This document shows positions 1 to 8,614 of a stretch of 37,582 nt of DNA, one piece after another. Within the stretch, counting starts at the first letter, position 1, and every line of letters begins with the position of its first letter. A program made the translations under genes and the position numbers. The notes below the pieces were generated by a model that saw only the letters and a list, made by a program, of their open reading frames with translations, was not told the DNA's origin and did no database searches. This DNA comes from Patescibacteria group bacterium (GTDB lineage: Bacteria > Patescibacteriota > Minisyncoccia > UBA6257 > 02-FULL-45-10c): the NCBI GenBank assembly GCA_023474975.1, contig JAMCXE010000037.1, positions 1 through 37,582 of the forward strand, given 5' to 3'.

Positions 1-3000
1 AAAATAATATGTAAGAATTTTTCAAAAATATGACGCTGATTCTGAAGCGGTATTCCTATGCCATTATCTTTAACAGAGAGAATAAACTCTCCATTTTCCG
101 CTTTGGCGACTATCTCGGTTTCACCGCCTTTATCCTTGGAATATTTAATGGAATTGCTTATCAGATTGGCGATCGTTTGATAAATTTTATCTTCGTCGAT
201 GACAAGCGTATATTTGTCCGGCAAAAAATTCTTACATATTATTTTTACCCCTCTTTGATCGGCAAAAGAAGACAAGTTCTTAACGGCACGATCAATGATC
301 GGGGTTATTTCCGCTCTTGCTAAATTCAGATCGGAATAATGCCCGGAATCTATTCTGGAAATACTAAGCAAGTCATTTATCAAAGCTATCATCCTCTCGT
401 TGCTTTGATAGATCTCTTTCATTTTTACAAGTTGGTCTTCGCTTAGATTTTTCAATTTGTTCTCAAAGAGTGATTCCATCAGCCATTTTATTCCCGTAAC
501 CGGAGTTTTGAGCTGATGCGAAGCCACGGAAACAAATTCGCTCTTTGCCCTGTCCAATTCTTTAGCCACGGTAATATCCCGAAAAGTGCTTACAAAAAAC
601 TTAATTTCGTTTTTATCATCTAAAATGGGGGCAACCTTAATTTCAGCAATATAAGAATCTCCATTTTTTCTTTTATTTGTCATTTCTCCTAAATAAGACT
701 TCTTGTTCAATTTAATGGTCTTCCAAAAATCTTCATAAAACTCCTTAGACATTTGTCTTCCCCAGATCGCAGGGGTTTTACCGATAATTTCATTCAACGC
801 ATAGCCGCTCGTTTTTTCTACGGCGGAATTAGCATATAAAATTACTCCATCGGGGTCTGTAATGATGATATTATCAGCCGCATTGTCTACGGCTAATTTA
901 AATTTATTCAAATCGATATTTTTCATCTCCAACTCTTCGTCCTTTTTAACTATTTCGGTAATATCGGAAAGTATTATTAAAGAAGCCGCGCTACCTCCGT
1001 ATGTTATATTCGATCCTCTGACCAAGACCGTTAATCTTTTTCCCGATTTATTGACAACCACAATTTCATAATCTTTAACTTTTTTTCCGGCCAATCTTCC
1101 CCTCATCTCTTCTGTGGCTAAAGATATATATTTGGGATCAATATAGTCGAAAATAAACGATCCTATTATTTTTTTATGCGGATATCCCAAAAAATTTTCG
1201 GCGGTTTGACTCAACCATAAAATCTTGCCATTTTCATCATAAACCAGGACGTATTCCGTAGGGGGTAAATTAGAGATCAAATTCCTATACCTTTCTTCGC
1301 TTTCTTTTAATTTATATTCTGCTATTTTTTCTTTAAAGATGTTCCTGAATATTCCCTGCAGGTAAGGTTTGCCGTTTATGCGGATAACCGAAGCATTTAT
1401 TGAAACGGGGACTCTTTTACCGCCCCTTACCAAAACCTCAGACGATAAATTCTCTCTCTTACCGGACAGCTGCTCCCTAAAAACCTTCATCGCCTCATCC
1501 AGCAGATCTTTCGGATGAATGTCGCCCACCCTCATAGCGCGGATCTCTTCTCGAGGCCGACCCAAAAGTTTTTCTGCGGATCTATTGCAATCAACTATGC
1601 TTTTAGTAACCGGATCGGCGATAAAAATAGCATCGGCCGATCCTTCAAATAATTCACGATAATTGCGTTCGCTTTGTTTTAATGCTGCCTGATCCCTTAA
1701 TTTTTCTTCTCTTATTCTTATAGACCTTATGCCGTAAGAAAGATCATCGGCAAGCTGCTTCAATAATTTTATTTCAGTACCTTCAAATGTATACGGCTCC
1801 GTCGCATAGATATTAATAGCGCCGATAAGGCCGTTCACGTATAACGGCAAGCTTATGCTTGAAGCGTAGCCGCGTTTAATAGCAGCCGCTCTCCACGGTT
1901 TGAATTTTGGATCATGCAAAATATCGCTGCAAACAACTGCCTTGCCGGTTCTGATCGCCGTTCCGGTTGGTCCCCTGCCATGACTATTATCAGCCCAGCT
2001 GATCTTCAAATTTTTAAGATAGCCCTTTTCAAATCCCGCCCCCGCCACCACCTCAACGCTTTTATTTTTATCGTTTCTGGCATAACCGATCCAGGCCATT
2101 TTATATCCGAAATCAACGATATTTTTACAGATATTTTCCAAAAGTTTTTTTTCATCGGTGATATAGACCAATGCCTCATTGCATTTGCCGATCACTTCGA
2201 TCGTACGAAGAGTTCTTTGTAGTTTTAATTGAATTAGTTTGATATCCGATATATCCGAAGATATTACCATTACCAAGTCCGATCCATCACTATGGATCGG
2301 AGTTAAAACTATTTTATAATAGCTCTGTTTTTTACCTATACGCACCTCCCCCTCAAGCAATTTTTCTTTTTTATTTCTAAGCACATCCTTCAAATCTCTG
2401 ATCGTAAAAGCGCTATCCTCCACTGGAATAAAATCCCAAACAGACTTACCCATCAGTCTTTCGACCGGTAAGCTAAATCTGGCAGCGCTTTTTTTATTTA
2501 AAAATACGAAATTTCCACCAGCGTCTAATATAGTGATCGATTCCGGCGATTCCTCGACCAAGGATCTATATTTCGCTTCGCTGACAGCTAATTCCGTCTC
2601 AAGTTTTCTTTTTTTTGTCACATCCCTGAAAATCAAAACAACACCGACTACTTTTCCTTGACTATTTTTTATGGGAGCGGCGCTATCTTCTATAGATAAT
2701 TTTTTACCATCCCTGCCCATCAACACCGTATGATTTCCCAACCCAACGATCTTTCCGCTTCGCATAACCTTCATTGCCGGATCAATAACTTTTTTACCGG
2801 TCTTTTCATTAAAAATATTAAAAACACGGCAAAGCGGCTGGCCGATCGCTTTCTCTTCCGGCCATTTGGTAAGATCTTGGGCTACATAATTTAAAAAGGT
2901 TATCCGTCCTTTAACATCGGTAACCATAACCGCATCGCCGATACTTTTAAGCGTTATAGAAAGTTTTTCCCGATCTTGATATAAAGCTTCTCTTGCTTTA

Positions 3001-3425
3001 TTTTGTTCGGTCACATCACTGATCATCAACAATGAACCGATGATCTTACCCCGAGAATCTTTTAAAGGCACACCATCCACAGACATAAAAGATTCTTTTC
3101 CGTATATAGATGTGAACGGAAAAACTAATTTTTTTATTTTTCTGCCTTTTAATAATTTTTTAATATTGCCTGAAATTCCGGCCATAACCACATTTGGCAT
3201 TTCCTGAATTTTCATTCCCAATGCTCTAGAAACACCTCCCTTGGGTACTCCTATTATTTTTTCTGCAAAATAAGGATTTTCGAAAACAATTACGCCATTT
3301 TTATCGATCATTAATATTCCAAGCGGAGCATTTTTAACTAAAAGACTTTCTAACTGTTCTCTTTTTATACCATCCTCAATGGCAAATAAATTTTTAATAT
3401 TCAGGGGTTTTGATTTTTTATCCAT
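1..3425 (-). CDS. Multi-PAS/GAF sensor histidine kinase (6 PAS + GAF + HisKA + HATPase), 3' end beyond the window edge
   Basis: Not in the ORF track because no stop lies inside the window. Manual translation from ATG 3425 (MDKKSKPLNIK...) stays in one frame for about 1141 codons. It shows PAS repeats (SIGDAVMVTD...FRDVT), a GAF-like segment (AWIGY...GRGPTGTAIRTG), H-box SEFVSVASHQLKTP, N-box NLISNSIKYS and G1 box VKDNGIGIP. Confidence 0.93.
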   Translation of the reverse strand, partial: MDKKSKPLNIKNLFAIEDGIKREQLESLLVKNAPLGILMIDKNGVIVFENPYFAEKIIGVPKGGVSRALGMKIQEMPNVVMAGISGNIKKLLKGRKIKKLVFPFTSIYGKESFMSVDGVPLKDSRGKIIGSLLMISDVTEQNKAREALYQDREKLSITLKSIGDAVMVTDVKGRITFLNYVAQDLTKWPEEKAIGQPLCRVFNIFNEKTGKKVIDPAMKVMRSGKIVGLGNHTVLMGRDGKKLSIEDSAAPIKNSQGKVVGVVLIFRDVTKKRKLETELAVSEAKYRSLVEESPESITILDAGGNFVFLNKKSAARFSLPVERLMGKSVWDFIPVEDSAFTIRDLKDVLRNKKEKLLEGEVRIGKKQSYYKIVLTPIHSDGSDLVMVISSDISDIKLIQLKLQRTLRTIEVIGKCNEALVYITDEKKLLENICKNIVDFGYKMAWIGYARNDKNKSVEVVAGAGFEKGYLKNLKISWADNSHGRGPTGTAIRTGKAVVCSDILHDPKFKPWRAAAIKRGYASSISLPLYVNGLIGAINIYATEPYTFEGTEIKLLKQLADDLSYGIRSIRIREEKLRDQAALKQSERNYRELFEGSADAIFIADPVTKSIVDCNRSAEKLLGRPREEIRAMRVGDIHPKDLLDEAMKVFREQLSGKRENLSSEVLVRGGKRVPVSINASVIRINGKPYLQGIFRNIFKEKIAEYKLKESEERYRNLISNLPPTEYVLVYDENGKILWLSQTAENFLGYPHKKIIGSFIFDYIDPKYISLATEEMRGRLAGKKVKDYEIVVVNKSGKRLTVLVRGSNITYGGSAASLIILSDITEIVKKDEELEMKNIDLNKFKLAVDNAADNIIITDPDGVILYANSAVEKTSGYALNEIIGKTPAIWGRQMSKEFYEDFWKTIKLNKKSYLGEMTNKRKNGDSYIAEIKVAPILDDKNEIKFFVSTFRDITVAKELDRAKSEFVSVASHQLKTPVTGIKWLMESLFENKLKNLSEDQLVKMKEIYQSNERMIALINDLLSISRIDSGHYSDLNLARAEITPIIDRAVKNLSSFADQRGVKIICKNFLPDKYTLVIDEDKIYQTIANLISNSIKYSKDKGGETEIVAKAENGEFILSVKDNGIGIPLQNQRHIFEKFLHII

Positions 3426-3448
3426 TATTTTTTTATTTAACATATTAA

Positions 3449-6115
3449 TTACATGGCATTATTTTGCGGTTCGGTTTCTGCAGATTTTTTTATCGGCTCA
3501 TATTTTTCTTTTAAAGTGAAATGAAAGGTCGTCCCCTTGTTCTCTTCGGACTCGAACCAAACTCTGCCGCCGTGAGCATTGATATATTCCTTAACGATAG
3601 GCAATCCCAAACCCGTACCCTCAGTCTGCGACAATATTGCGTTATCCGCCCTGAAAAATCTTTCAAATATCCTGTGTTGGGCGCTCATCGGAATGCCAAT
3701 GCCGTCATCCTTCACCGAAAAGACGAATTCTCCGTTCTTTGACTCCGCGGTCACCAACACGACTCCGCCCTCAGGCTTTGAATATTTTATCGCGTTGCTG
3801 ATCAGATTATTTATAGACTGAATGATCTTTTCTTTATCCAGCATTATTTTATATCCGGCGGGCAGATCTATTTTAAGCTGAAGGTCTACCTTCTTTATCT
3901 TAGCTAACGGCTCAAGCGCTTTTAGCGTTGTTTTGATAAAATCAACAACGTCCACTTCCGACAAGGTAACACCCGAAGTTTTACCGCTTTCGATCCTAGA
4001 CAGAGTAAGAAGATCATTTATTATAGCCAGTGTTCTTTCGTTGCCGTCATAAACCTCACTAAGCATATCCAGCTGTTTCTTAGTCAAATTATTATCTTTG
4101 TTCCTTAGAAGGATCTCGACAAGCCACTTAACAGCGGTCAAAGGAGTCCTTAACTGATGGGACGTGACGGAAACGAATTCGCTTTTAGCCCTGTCCACTT
4201 CTTTTATCCTGGTAATATCCCTTTCCACGCCGACAAAAAAGACGACGTTGCCATTATGATCGAGTATCGGCCCAACTTTTATTTCGGCGATATATGTTTC
4301 GCCATTTTTACGTTTATTGTTTATATCTCCTATAAATGCCTTCTTATCGTCCTTTATGACCTTCCAAAAATTGACATAAAATTCCTTAGGCATCTGATTT
4401 CCCCATAAAGAAGGTCTGTTGCCGATTATTTCTTCTTGGCTATATCCCGTTATCATACTAGCCGCTTTATTGGCATACAAAACAACCCCATCCGGATCAG
4501 TGATAATAATATTATCGGACACGTTGTCGACGGCGAGCTTGAATTTGTTCAGATCTTGCACTGTTGATTCGACTTTCTTTTTCTCTTTTTCTATATCACC
4601 CAAAACGTTCATAAGAGCGACCTGGGATCTTTCCAAAGAAAAATTGGTCTCCTTAATATATTCTTCATATTTTTTCTTTTCAGAAATATTCCGGATAGTT
4701 AATAAAATAAAGGTAGTAGTAGTAGTAGTAGTAATTCGCGACATACTTATGGCCGTCCAAAATTCAGCCCCATCCATCTTCTTACACAAAAATTCAAACT
4801 CTTCCTCGCCTTTTTCTATAGCTAAACGAATGTGCTCCATAATTTTTTCGACTGAAAGCGATCCGTCGGGCTGACGTTCAGAACAATAATCAAACGGCGG
4901 GCGCGACATAAAATCTTTTTCGGAAGCATAACCAAACATTTTAACGATCGCCGAATTTACCGATATGAATTTGCCATCAAGAGACAGGATGGCCATTGCT
5001 TCTTTGGACTTATTAAAAAGCGAACTGTAATGCTCTTCGCTGTCTTTTAATTTTACCGTCATACTATCGGCTAATTCACGGGCGCGCGTATACGAATTTG
5101 CCAAAAAATACAAAATTAAAAATACCAAAAAACTTATAACGCTACCGATCGCCAAAATAAAAAGCGGCTCATATTCCTGCGAAGAAGAAATGAATCCATC
5201 GGGTTTACCGACAACCAACGAAAAATCATGTCCGCCCAAAACCAGCGGCAAAACAACGGTAAGCGAAGGATCGATAGAATAATTACGGCTCTGATCATTA
5301 AAATCATATAGCAAGGTACTGCTGGCTACGATCTTTCCATCATATATCTCAGCATCAATATCGGATGAACTTAGATCGGAAATGCTCTTGCGGAAGCTCT
5401 CAAAGAAACCATCTTTCAAAAAGATCATTCCAACAAAGCCATAAATATCAGAACGTTTTTCAAGCGGAGTGGAGGAAGCAACAATGTTTTTGTTATAAAC
5501 CGGCGCATAACCGACGAAACCGGGGACCTTGGGGTTAACAATTAGCAGCTCATCAGATAAAGAAAATTCCCCGGACTTTATGGCGTTGTTTATGACCGCA
5601 GCGCGGATAGGCTCGCTTAATACATCCAAACCAAACGCAGCGCTGCCTATAGTAGCGGGCTCATAGTAAACAATGGGCGCAATATGATCATTCTGCGTTT
5701 GCGGGAAAATTTTTAAATTTGTTCTGCCGAGATAGTTTTGAGAGTCGATCTCTTTCTCCAGATCCGCTTTTTGGCCCTGCTTCACATACCTGATAAAATT
5801 TATAGCATAAAGACCCGGCACATTTTTCTGAATTCCGCTATAAGCATAAAAAATGGAAAATTCTTTGGCGCTTACGTAATTACTCGAGTAGAACAAAGCG
5901 GCAAGCGCACTTACCTCTTCCGATTCCAATGTTTTAAAATTATCGGCAATGGCTTGTTGCACTAGCGCCGCCCTATTTTTTAGATCAGATTTACCAGCGG
6001 CTACCAAGCGATCGCTGACCACCCAGCTAATAACCGAAACGCCGATCATTAAAACAGCCAAAACTACCCAGGCTAATTTTTTCCTACCCGCTACATCTCC
6101 CTTTTGGTCGTCCAT
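3449..6115 (-). CDS. Membrane sensor histidine kinase: TM-CHASE-like-TM, 2 PAS, HisKA, HATPase
   Basis: Two hydrophobic helices flank a CHASE-like domain (PIVYYEP...AFGLDV...GFVGYAPVY). H-box SHQLRTP, N-box NLISNAIKYS, DDGIGIP and GTGLGL are present. Confidence 0.93.
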   Translation of the reverse strand: MDDQKGDVAGRKKLAWVVLAVLMIGVSVISWVVSDRLVAAGKSDLKNRAALVQQAIADNFKTLESEEVSALAALFYSSNYVSAKEFSIFYAYSGIQKNVPGLYAINFIRYVKQGQKADLEKEIDSQNYLGRTNLKIFPQTQNDHIAPIVYYEPATIGSAAFGLDVLSEPIRAAVINNAIKSGEFSLSDELLIVNPKVPGFVGYAPVYNKNIVASSTPLEKRSDIYGFVGMIFLKDGFFESFRKSISDLSSSDIDAEIYDGKIVASSTLLYDFNDQSRNYSIDPSLTVVLPLVLGGHDFSLVVGKPDGFISSSQEYEPLFILAIGSVISFLVFLILYFLANSYTRARELADSMTVKLKDSEEHYSSLFNKSKEAMAILSLDGKFISVNSAIVKMFGYASEKDFMSRPPFDYCSERQPDGSLSVEKIMEHIRLAIEKGEEEFEFLCKKMDGAEFWTAISMSRITTTTTTTFILLTIRNISEKKKYEEYIKETNFSLERSQVALMNVLGDIEKEKKKVESTVQDLNKFKLAVDNVSDNIIITDPDGVVLYANKAASMITGYSQEEIIGNRPSLWGNQMPKEFYVNFWKVIKDDKKAFIGDINNKRKNGETYIAEIKVGPILDHNGNVVFFVGVERDITRIKEVDRAKSEFVSVTSHQLRTPLTAVKWLVEILLRNKDNNLTKKQLDMLSEVYDGNERTLAIINDLLTLSRIESGKTSGVTLSEVDVVDFIKTTLKALEPLAKIKKVDLQLKIDLPAGYKIMLDKEKIIQSINNLISNAIKYSKPEGGVVLVTAESKNGEFVFSVKDDGIGIPMSAQHRIFERFFRADNAILSQTEGTGLGLPIVKEYINAHGGRVWFESEENKGTTFHFTLKEKYEPIKKSAETEPQNNAM
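4713..4733. repeat. (GTA)7 trinucleotide microsatellite encoding poly-Thr
   Basis: gtagtagtagtagtagtagta; the protein reads RITTTTTTTFILL. Confidence 0.95.
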
Positions 6116-6121
6116 AGATTA

Positions 6122-6130
6122 ATTATAGCA
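6122..6130 (-). promoter_or_regulatory. Extended -10 promoter (TGcTATAAT) 6 nt before the kinase ATG
   Basis: Minus strand reads TGCTATAAT-TAATCT-ATG(6115). Confidence 0.65.
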
Positions 6131-6133
6131 AAA

Positions 6134-7426
6134 TTAAACAGACACTATAATTCCACCGCCGAGCATTTCCGGTCTATTATTTTTTTTAGCCGGAAGATAT
6201 ATAACCGCGGACTGGCCTATCGCCACAAATCTTTGCGGATCATCGAATACCAACTGATATTCATTTTTTTTATGCTTATTTAAAAATAACTTGGCTTTAA
6301 AAAGAGGCTGACGATATCTTACGCGCGCAAGAACAGAAAGACCGGCCGCCAGATCCTTATTTTTTATTTCCGGATCTATTATGTTGACATCCGCAAGCTT
6401 AATTTCTTTTTTGAACAGTGCGGGATTGTTTTCTCCTTGAGCCACTATAATGATATTTGTTTTTAAAATTTTGTCTGCCACATAATATGGCTCGCTGTCG
6501 GGAGTTTTTGCCGCTTTGTCCAAATGCAAGCCATGCCGCTGACCTATGGTGTAATAAAAAACGCCTTCGTGCCTTCCCAAAACATTTCCATCCATATCGA
6601 CGATATTCCCCTTTTTGGGTTTTATATATTTTTTTAAAAAATCTTCCAGCCCCACTTTTCCCAAAAAACAGATTCCCTGCGAATCTTTTTTGGCGGCATT
6701 TAGTAATCCAAATTTTTGAGCCAACTTTCTAACCTCTGGCTTTTCCAGATCCCCAAGCGGAAAAAGACAATGTTTTAACTGCGCCTGAGTTAATGTCCAG
6801 AGAAAATAAGATTGATCCTTGTTTTTGTCTTTTGCAACTAATAAAGAAAAAGATGGTGCGAGTTTTTCGGTATGTTTCGTGCGGCAATTTCGGAGCCCCG
6901 AAATGCTCGGTTTTCGCGAAGCGAAAATTTCGGGGCGAGACTTAGGAGCCGTTTGCCGCTGGAGCAAACGGACTCCGGTGCCGTCAGAAATATACCGAGA
7001 AACGAGCCCAACATAATGGCCCGTCGCCACATAGTCCGTACCCATCTCCAAAGCTTTTTCTAAAAATAAACCGAATTTTATTTCCTGATTACACATCACG
7101 TCGGGATTGGGAGTAATTCCCTTTTTGTAGCCGTCTATCATATATTGCATTACGCGCTTTTTATATTCTTTTTCAAAATCAAAAACATAAAAAGGAATAC
7201 CCAAAACCTCCGCTGCTCTCCGGGCATCTTCCAGGTCCCTATCTGCGCAACCATCCAAATTAAAACATTTTAAATGAACACCCACGACCTCATAGCCCCT
7301 AAACCCCTTCGGGGTCGGGCGACCAAATAATTTTTTAAAATTATTTGGTTTAGCCTGTTTCAATAGACCGGCGGCAACGGAAGAATCTACGCCTCCGGAC
7401 ATACCGACAAAAACTTTCTTTTTCAT
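6134..7426 (-). CDS. mnmA: tRNA-specific 2-thiouridylase MnmA with two in-frame insertions
   Basis: SGGVDS PP-loop, PNPDVMCN, ATGHY, KDQSYFL, KDSQGICF, YTIGQR. Start taken at ATG 7426 (MKKKVFVGMSGG) rather than the TTG at 7444. Confidence 0.96.
   Translation of the reverse strand: MKKKVFVGMSGGVDSSVAAGLLKQAKPNNFKKLFGRPTPKGFRGYEVVGVHLKCFNLDGCADRDLEDARRAAEVLGIPFYVFDFEKEYKKRVMQYMIDGYKKGITPNPDVMCNQEIKFGLFLEKALEMGTDYVATGHYVGLVSRYISDGTGVRLLQRQTAPKSRPEIFASRKPSISGLRNCRTKHTEKLAPSFSLLVAKDKNKDQSYFLWTLTQAQLKHCLFPLGDLEKPEVRKLAQKFGLLNAAKKDSQGICFLGKVGLEDFLKKYIKPKKGNIVDMDGNVLGRHEGVFYYTIGQRHGLHLDKAAKTPDSEPYYVADKILKTNIIIVAQGENNPALFKKEIKLADVNIIDPEIKNKDLAAGLSVLARVRYRQPLFKAKLFLNKHKKNEYQLVFDDPQRFVAIGQSAVIYLPAKKNNRPEMLGGGIIVSV
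6862..7003. repeat. Branched palindromic element inserted in-frame in mnmA
   Basis: Outer inverted repeat GTTTTTCGGTATGTTTC (6862-6878) / GAAATATACCGAGAAAC (6987-7003) encloses two inner hairpins (6895-6936, 6945-6976). Confidence 0.88.
7295..7353. repeat. Twin-hairpin segment coinciding with the N-terminal MnmA insertion
   Basis: ACCCC-TTC-GGGGT (7303-7315) and ACCAAATAATTTT/AAAATTATTTGGT (7322-7349); encodes most of KPNNFKKLFGRPTPKGFRG. Confidence 0.75.
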
Positions 7427-7463
7427 AAAAGTAAAATACAACAAATAATTAAAATTAACAAAT

Positions 7464-7498
7464 AAAAAGCCCTCCTTTACAAAAGAGGGCTGTTTTTT
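7464..7498. terminator. Intrinsic terminator-like hairpin (T-tracts on both strands)
   Basis: AAAA-AGCCCTC...GAGGGCT-GTTTTTT directly after the stop of 7498..7851. Confidence 0.75.
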
Positions 7499-7851
7499 TA
7501 ACCATTAGGAAATAGTTCGAGGCCTATATGCTTTAAATATACTTCTTTATTTCTGCTGATAAGCAATTCCAAACCTAAATATTTCAGGTTTAAAATAACT
7601 TTTTCCATTTCTTTCTCGATAGCATCGAGCATCACAGATATCTTAGCAGAATCCTTACGGCACCGATCCTTTAAGATACATTCATCGCAGCTAACGCCGG
7701 CCAAACGCAGCTCGCATCCTTCGACGTTATCGCATTGCTTTATAAGCAAAAGATCGTATTTTGCCTTAAGCATCCTAAGCTCTTCCTTTCTTGTTAAAAT
7801 AATATCTTCAAGCCTGCCAAATCTCAGGTGCATATTTTCCTCCAAGATCAA
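7498..7851 (-). CDS. Hypothetical protein, helical, with a central Cys cluster
   Basis: 117-aa ORF filling the gap and followed by a terminator; CDNVEGC...CDEC.....C. Confidence 0.65.
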   Translation of the reverse strand: MILEENMHLRFGRLEDIILTRKEELRMLKAKYDLLLIKQCDNVEGCELRLAGVSCDECILKDRCRKDSAKISVMLDAIEKEMEKVILNLKYLGLELLISRNKEVYLKHIGLELFPNG

Positions 7852-7908
7852 TTTTTTAATGAACCGATTTTTAGTAAAGCAGAAACAGACCCATAAATCA
7901 ATCCCGCC

Positions 7909-7937
7909 TTGAAAAAATATTTTTTTTGGAATAAAAT
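7909..7937 (+). promoter_or_regulatory. sigma70-type promoter for efp
   Basis: TTGAAA-N17-TAAAAT. Confidence 0.6.
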
Positions 7938-7966
7938 CAAAAGACTATAAACTAATAAATAAAAAA

Positions 7967-8539
7967 ATGCTTAGCTACAATGAACTAAAAATAGGAACGC
8001 TTTTTTCTTTTGAAGGAACTCCTTATGAGGTTTTGGATTATGAATTTTTAAGAATGCAGCAAAGAAAACCGGTTGCCAAAACCAGGATAAAAAATCTTTT
8101 AACCGGACAGGTGATCGAAAGAAACTTTCACCAAAACGAAGCGCTAAAAGAAATCGAAATAGACAAAGTACCCATAATCTATCTATACAGCCATCGCGAT
8201 GAATACTGGTTCTGCGAAAAAGGAAATCCGAAAAACAGATTCCAACTTCCCAAAACAAAAATCGACGGAGGCATCCAATTCATAAAACCCAACACCGAAG
8301 TACTGGCTATGAAACTTGGGGAGCAGATCCTAACGGTTAAACTACCGGTAAAAGTTGAAATAAAGATAAAAGAAACTCCTCCCGGTGAACGCGGAAATAC
8401 CGCGCAGGGCGGAACAAAAACAGCCGTTCTGGAAACCGGAGCCGAAGTTGCGGTTCCACTATTCATCAATAACGACGACATTATCCGCGTCAACACAGAA
8501 ACCGGAGATTACGTGGAAAGAATTGAAAAAGCCAAATAA
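7967..8539 (+). CDS. efp: Elongation factor P
   Basis: PPGERGNTAQGGTKTAVLETG, VPLFI and TETGDYVER are the EF-P C-terminal signatures. Confidence 0.95.
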   Translation: MLSYNELKIGTLFSFEGTPYEVLDYEFLRMQQRKPVAKTRIKNLLTGQVIERNFHQNEALKEIEIDKVPIIYLYSHRDEYWFCEKGNPKNRFQLPKTKIDGGIQFIKPNTEVLAMKLGEQILTVKLPVKVEIKIKETPPGERGNTAQGGTKTAVLETGAEVAVPLFINNDDIIRVNTETGDYVERIEKAK

Positions 8540-8567
8540 CCGCCGACCGTCCATAAAAAAACAACTA

Positions 8568-8611
8568 AAAACATCCCCGTTTTTGCAGAATAGCGAAAAC
8601 GGGGATGTTTT
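8568..8611. terminator. Bidirectional terminator between the convergent efp and ATPase genes
   Basis: AAAACATCCCCGTTTTTGC / GCGAAAACGGGGATGTTTT inverted repeat. Confidence 0.85.
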
Positions 8612-8614
8612 ATT

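Noticed and set aside
1..20. Possible disruption of the first kinase (IFEKFLHII versus the paralog's IFERFFRAD)
   Set aside because: Only about 4 codons are visible at the window edge, which is not enough to distinguish divergence from truncation.
30..2222. Plus-strand ORFs 30..323, 862..1071 and 1914..2222
   Set aside because: Antisense shadows of the long minus-strand kinase gene. The same applies to the many short ORFs overlapping recognised genes elsewhere in the window.
6862..7003. Intein or group I/II intron in mnmA
   Set aside because: Too short, with no C/S...HN intein ends and no recognisable ribozyme core; the reading frame is preserved.
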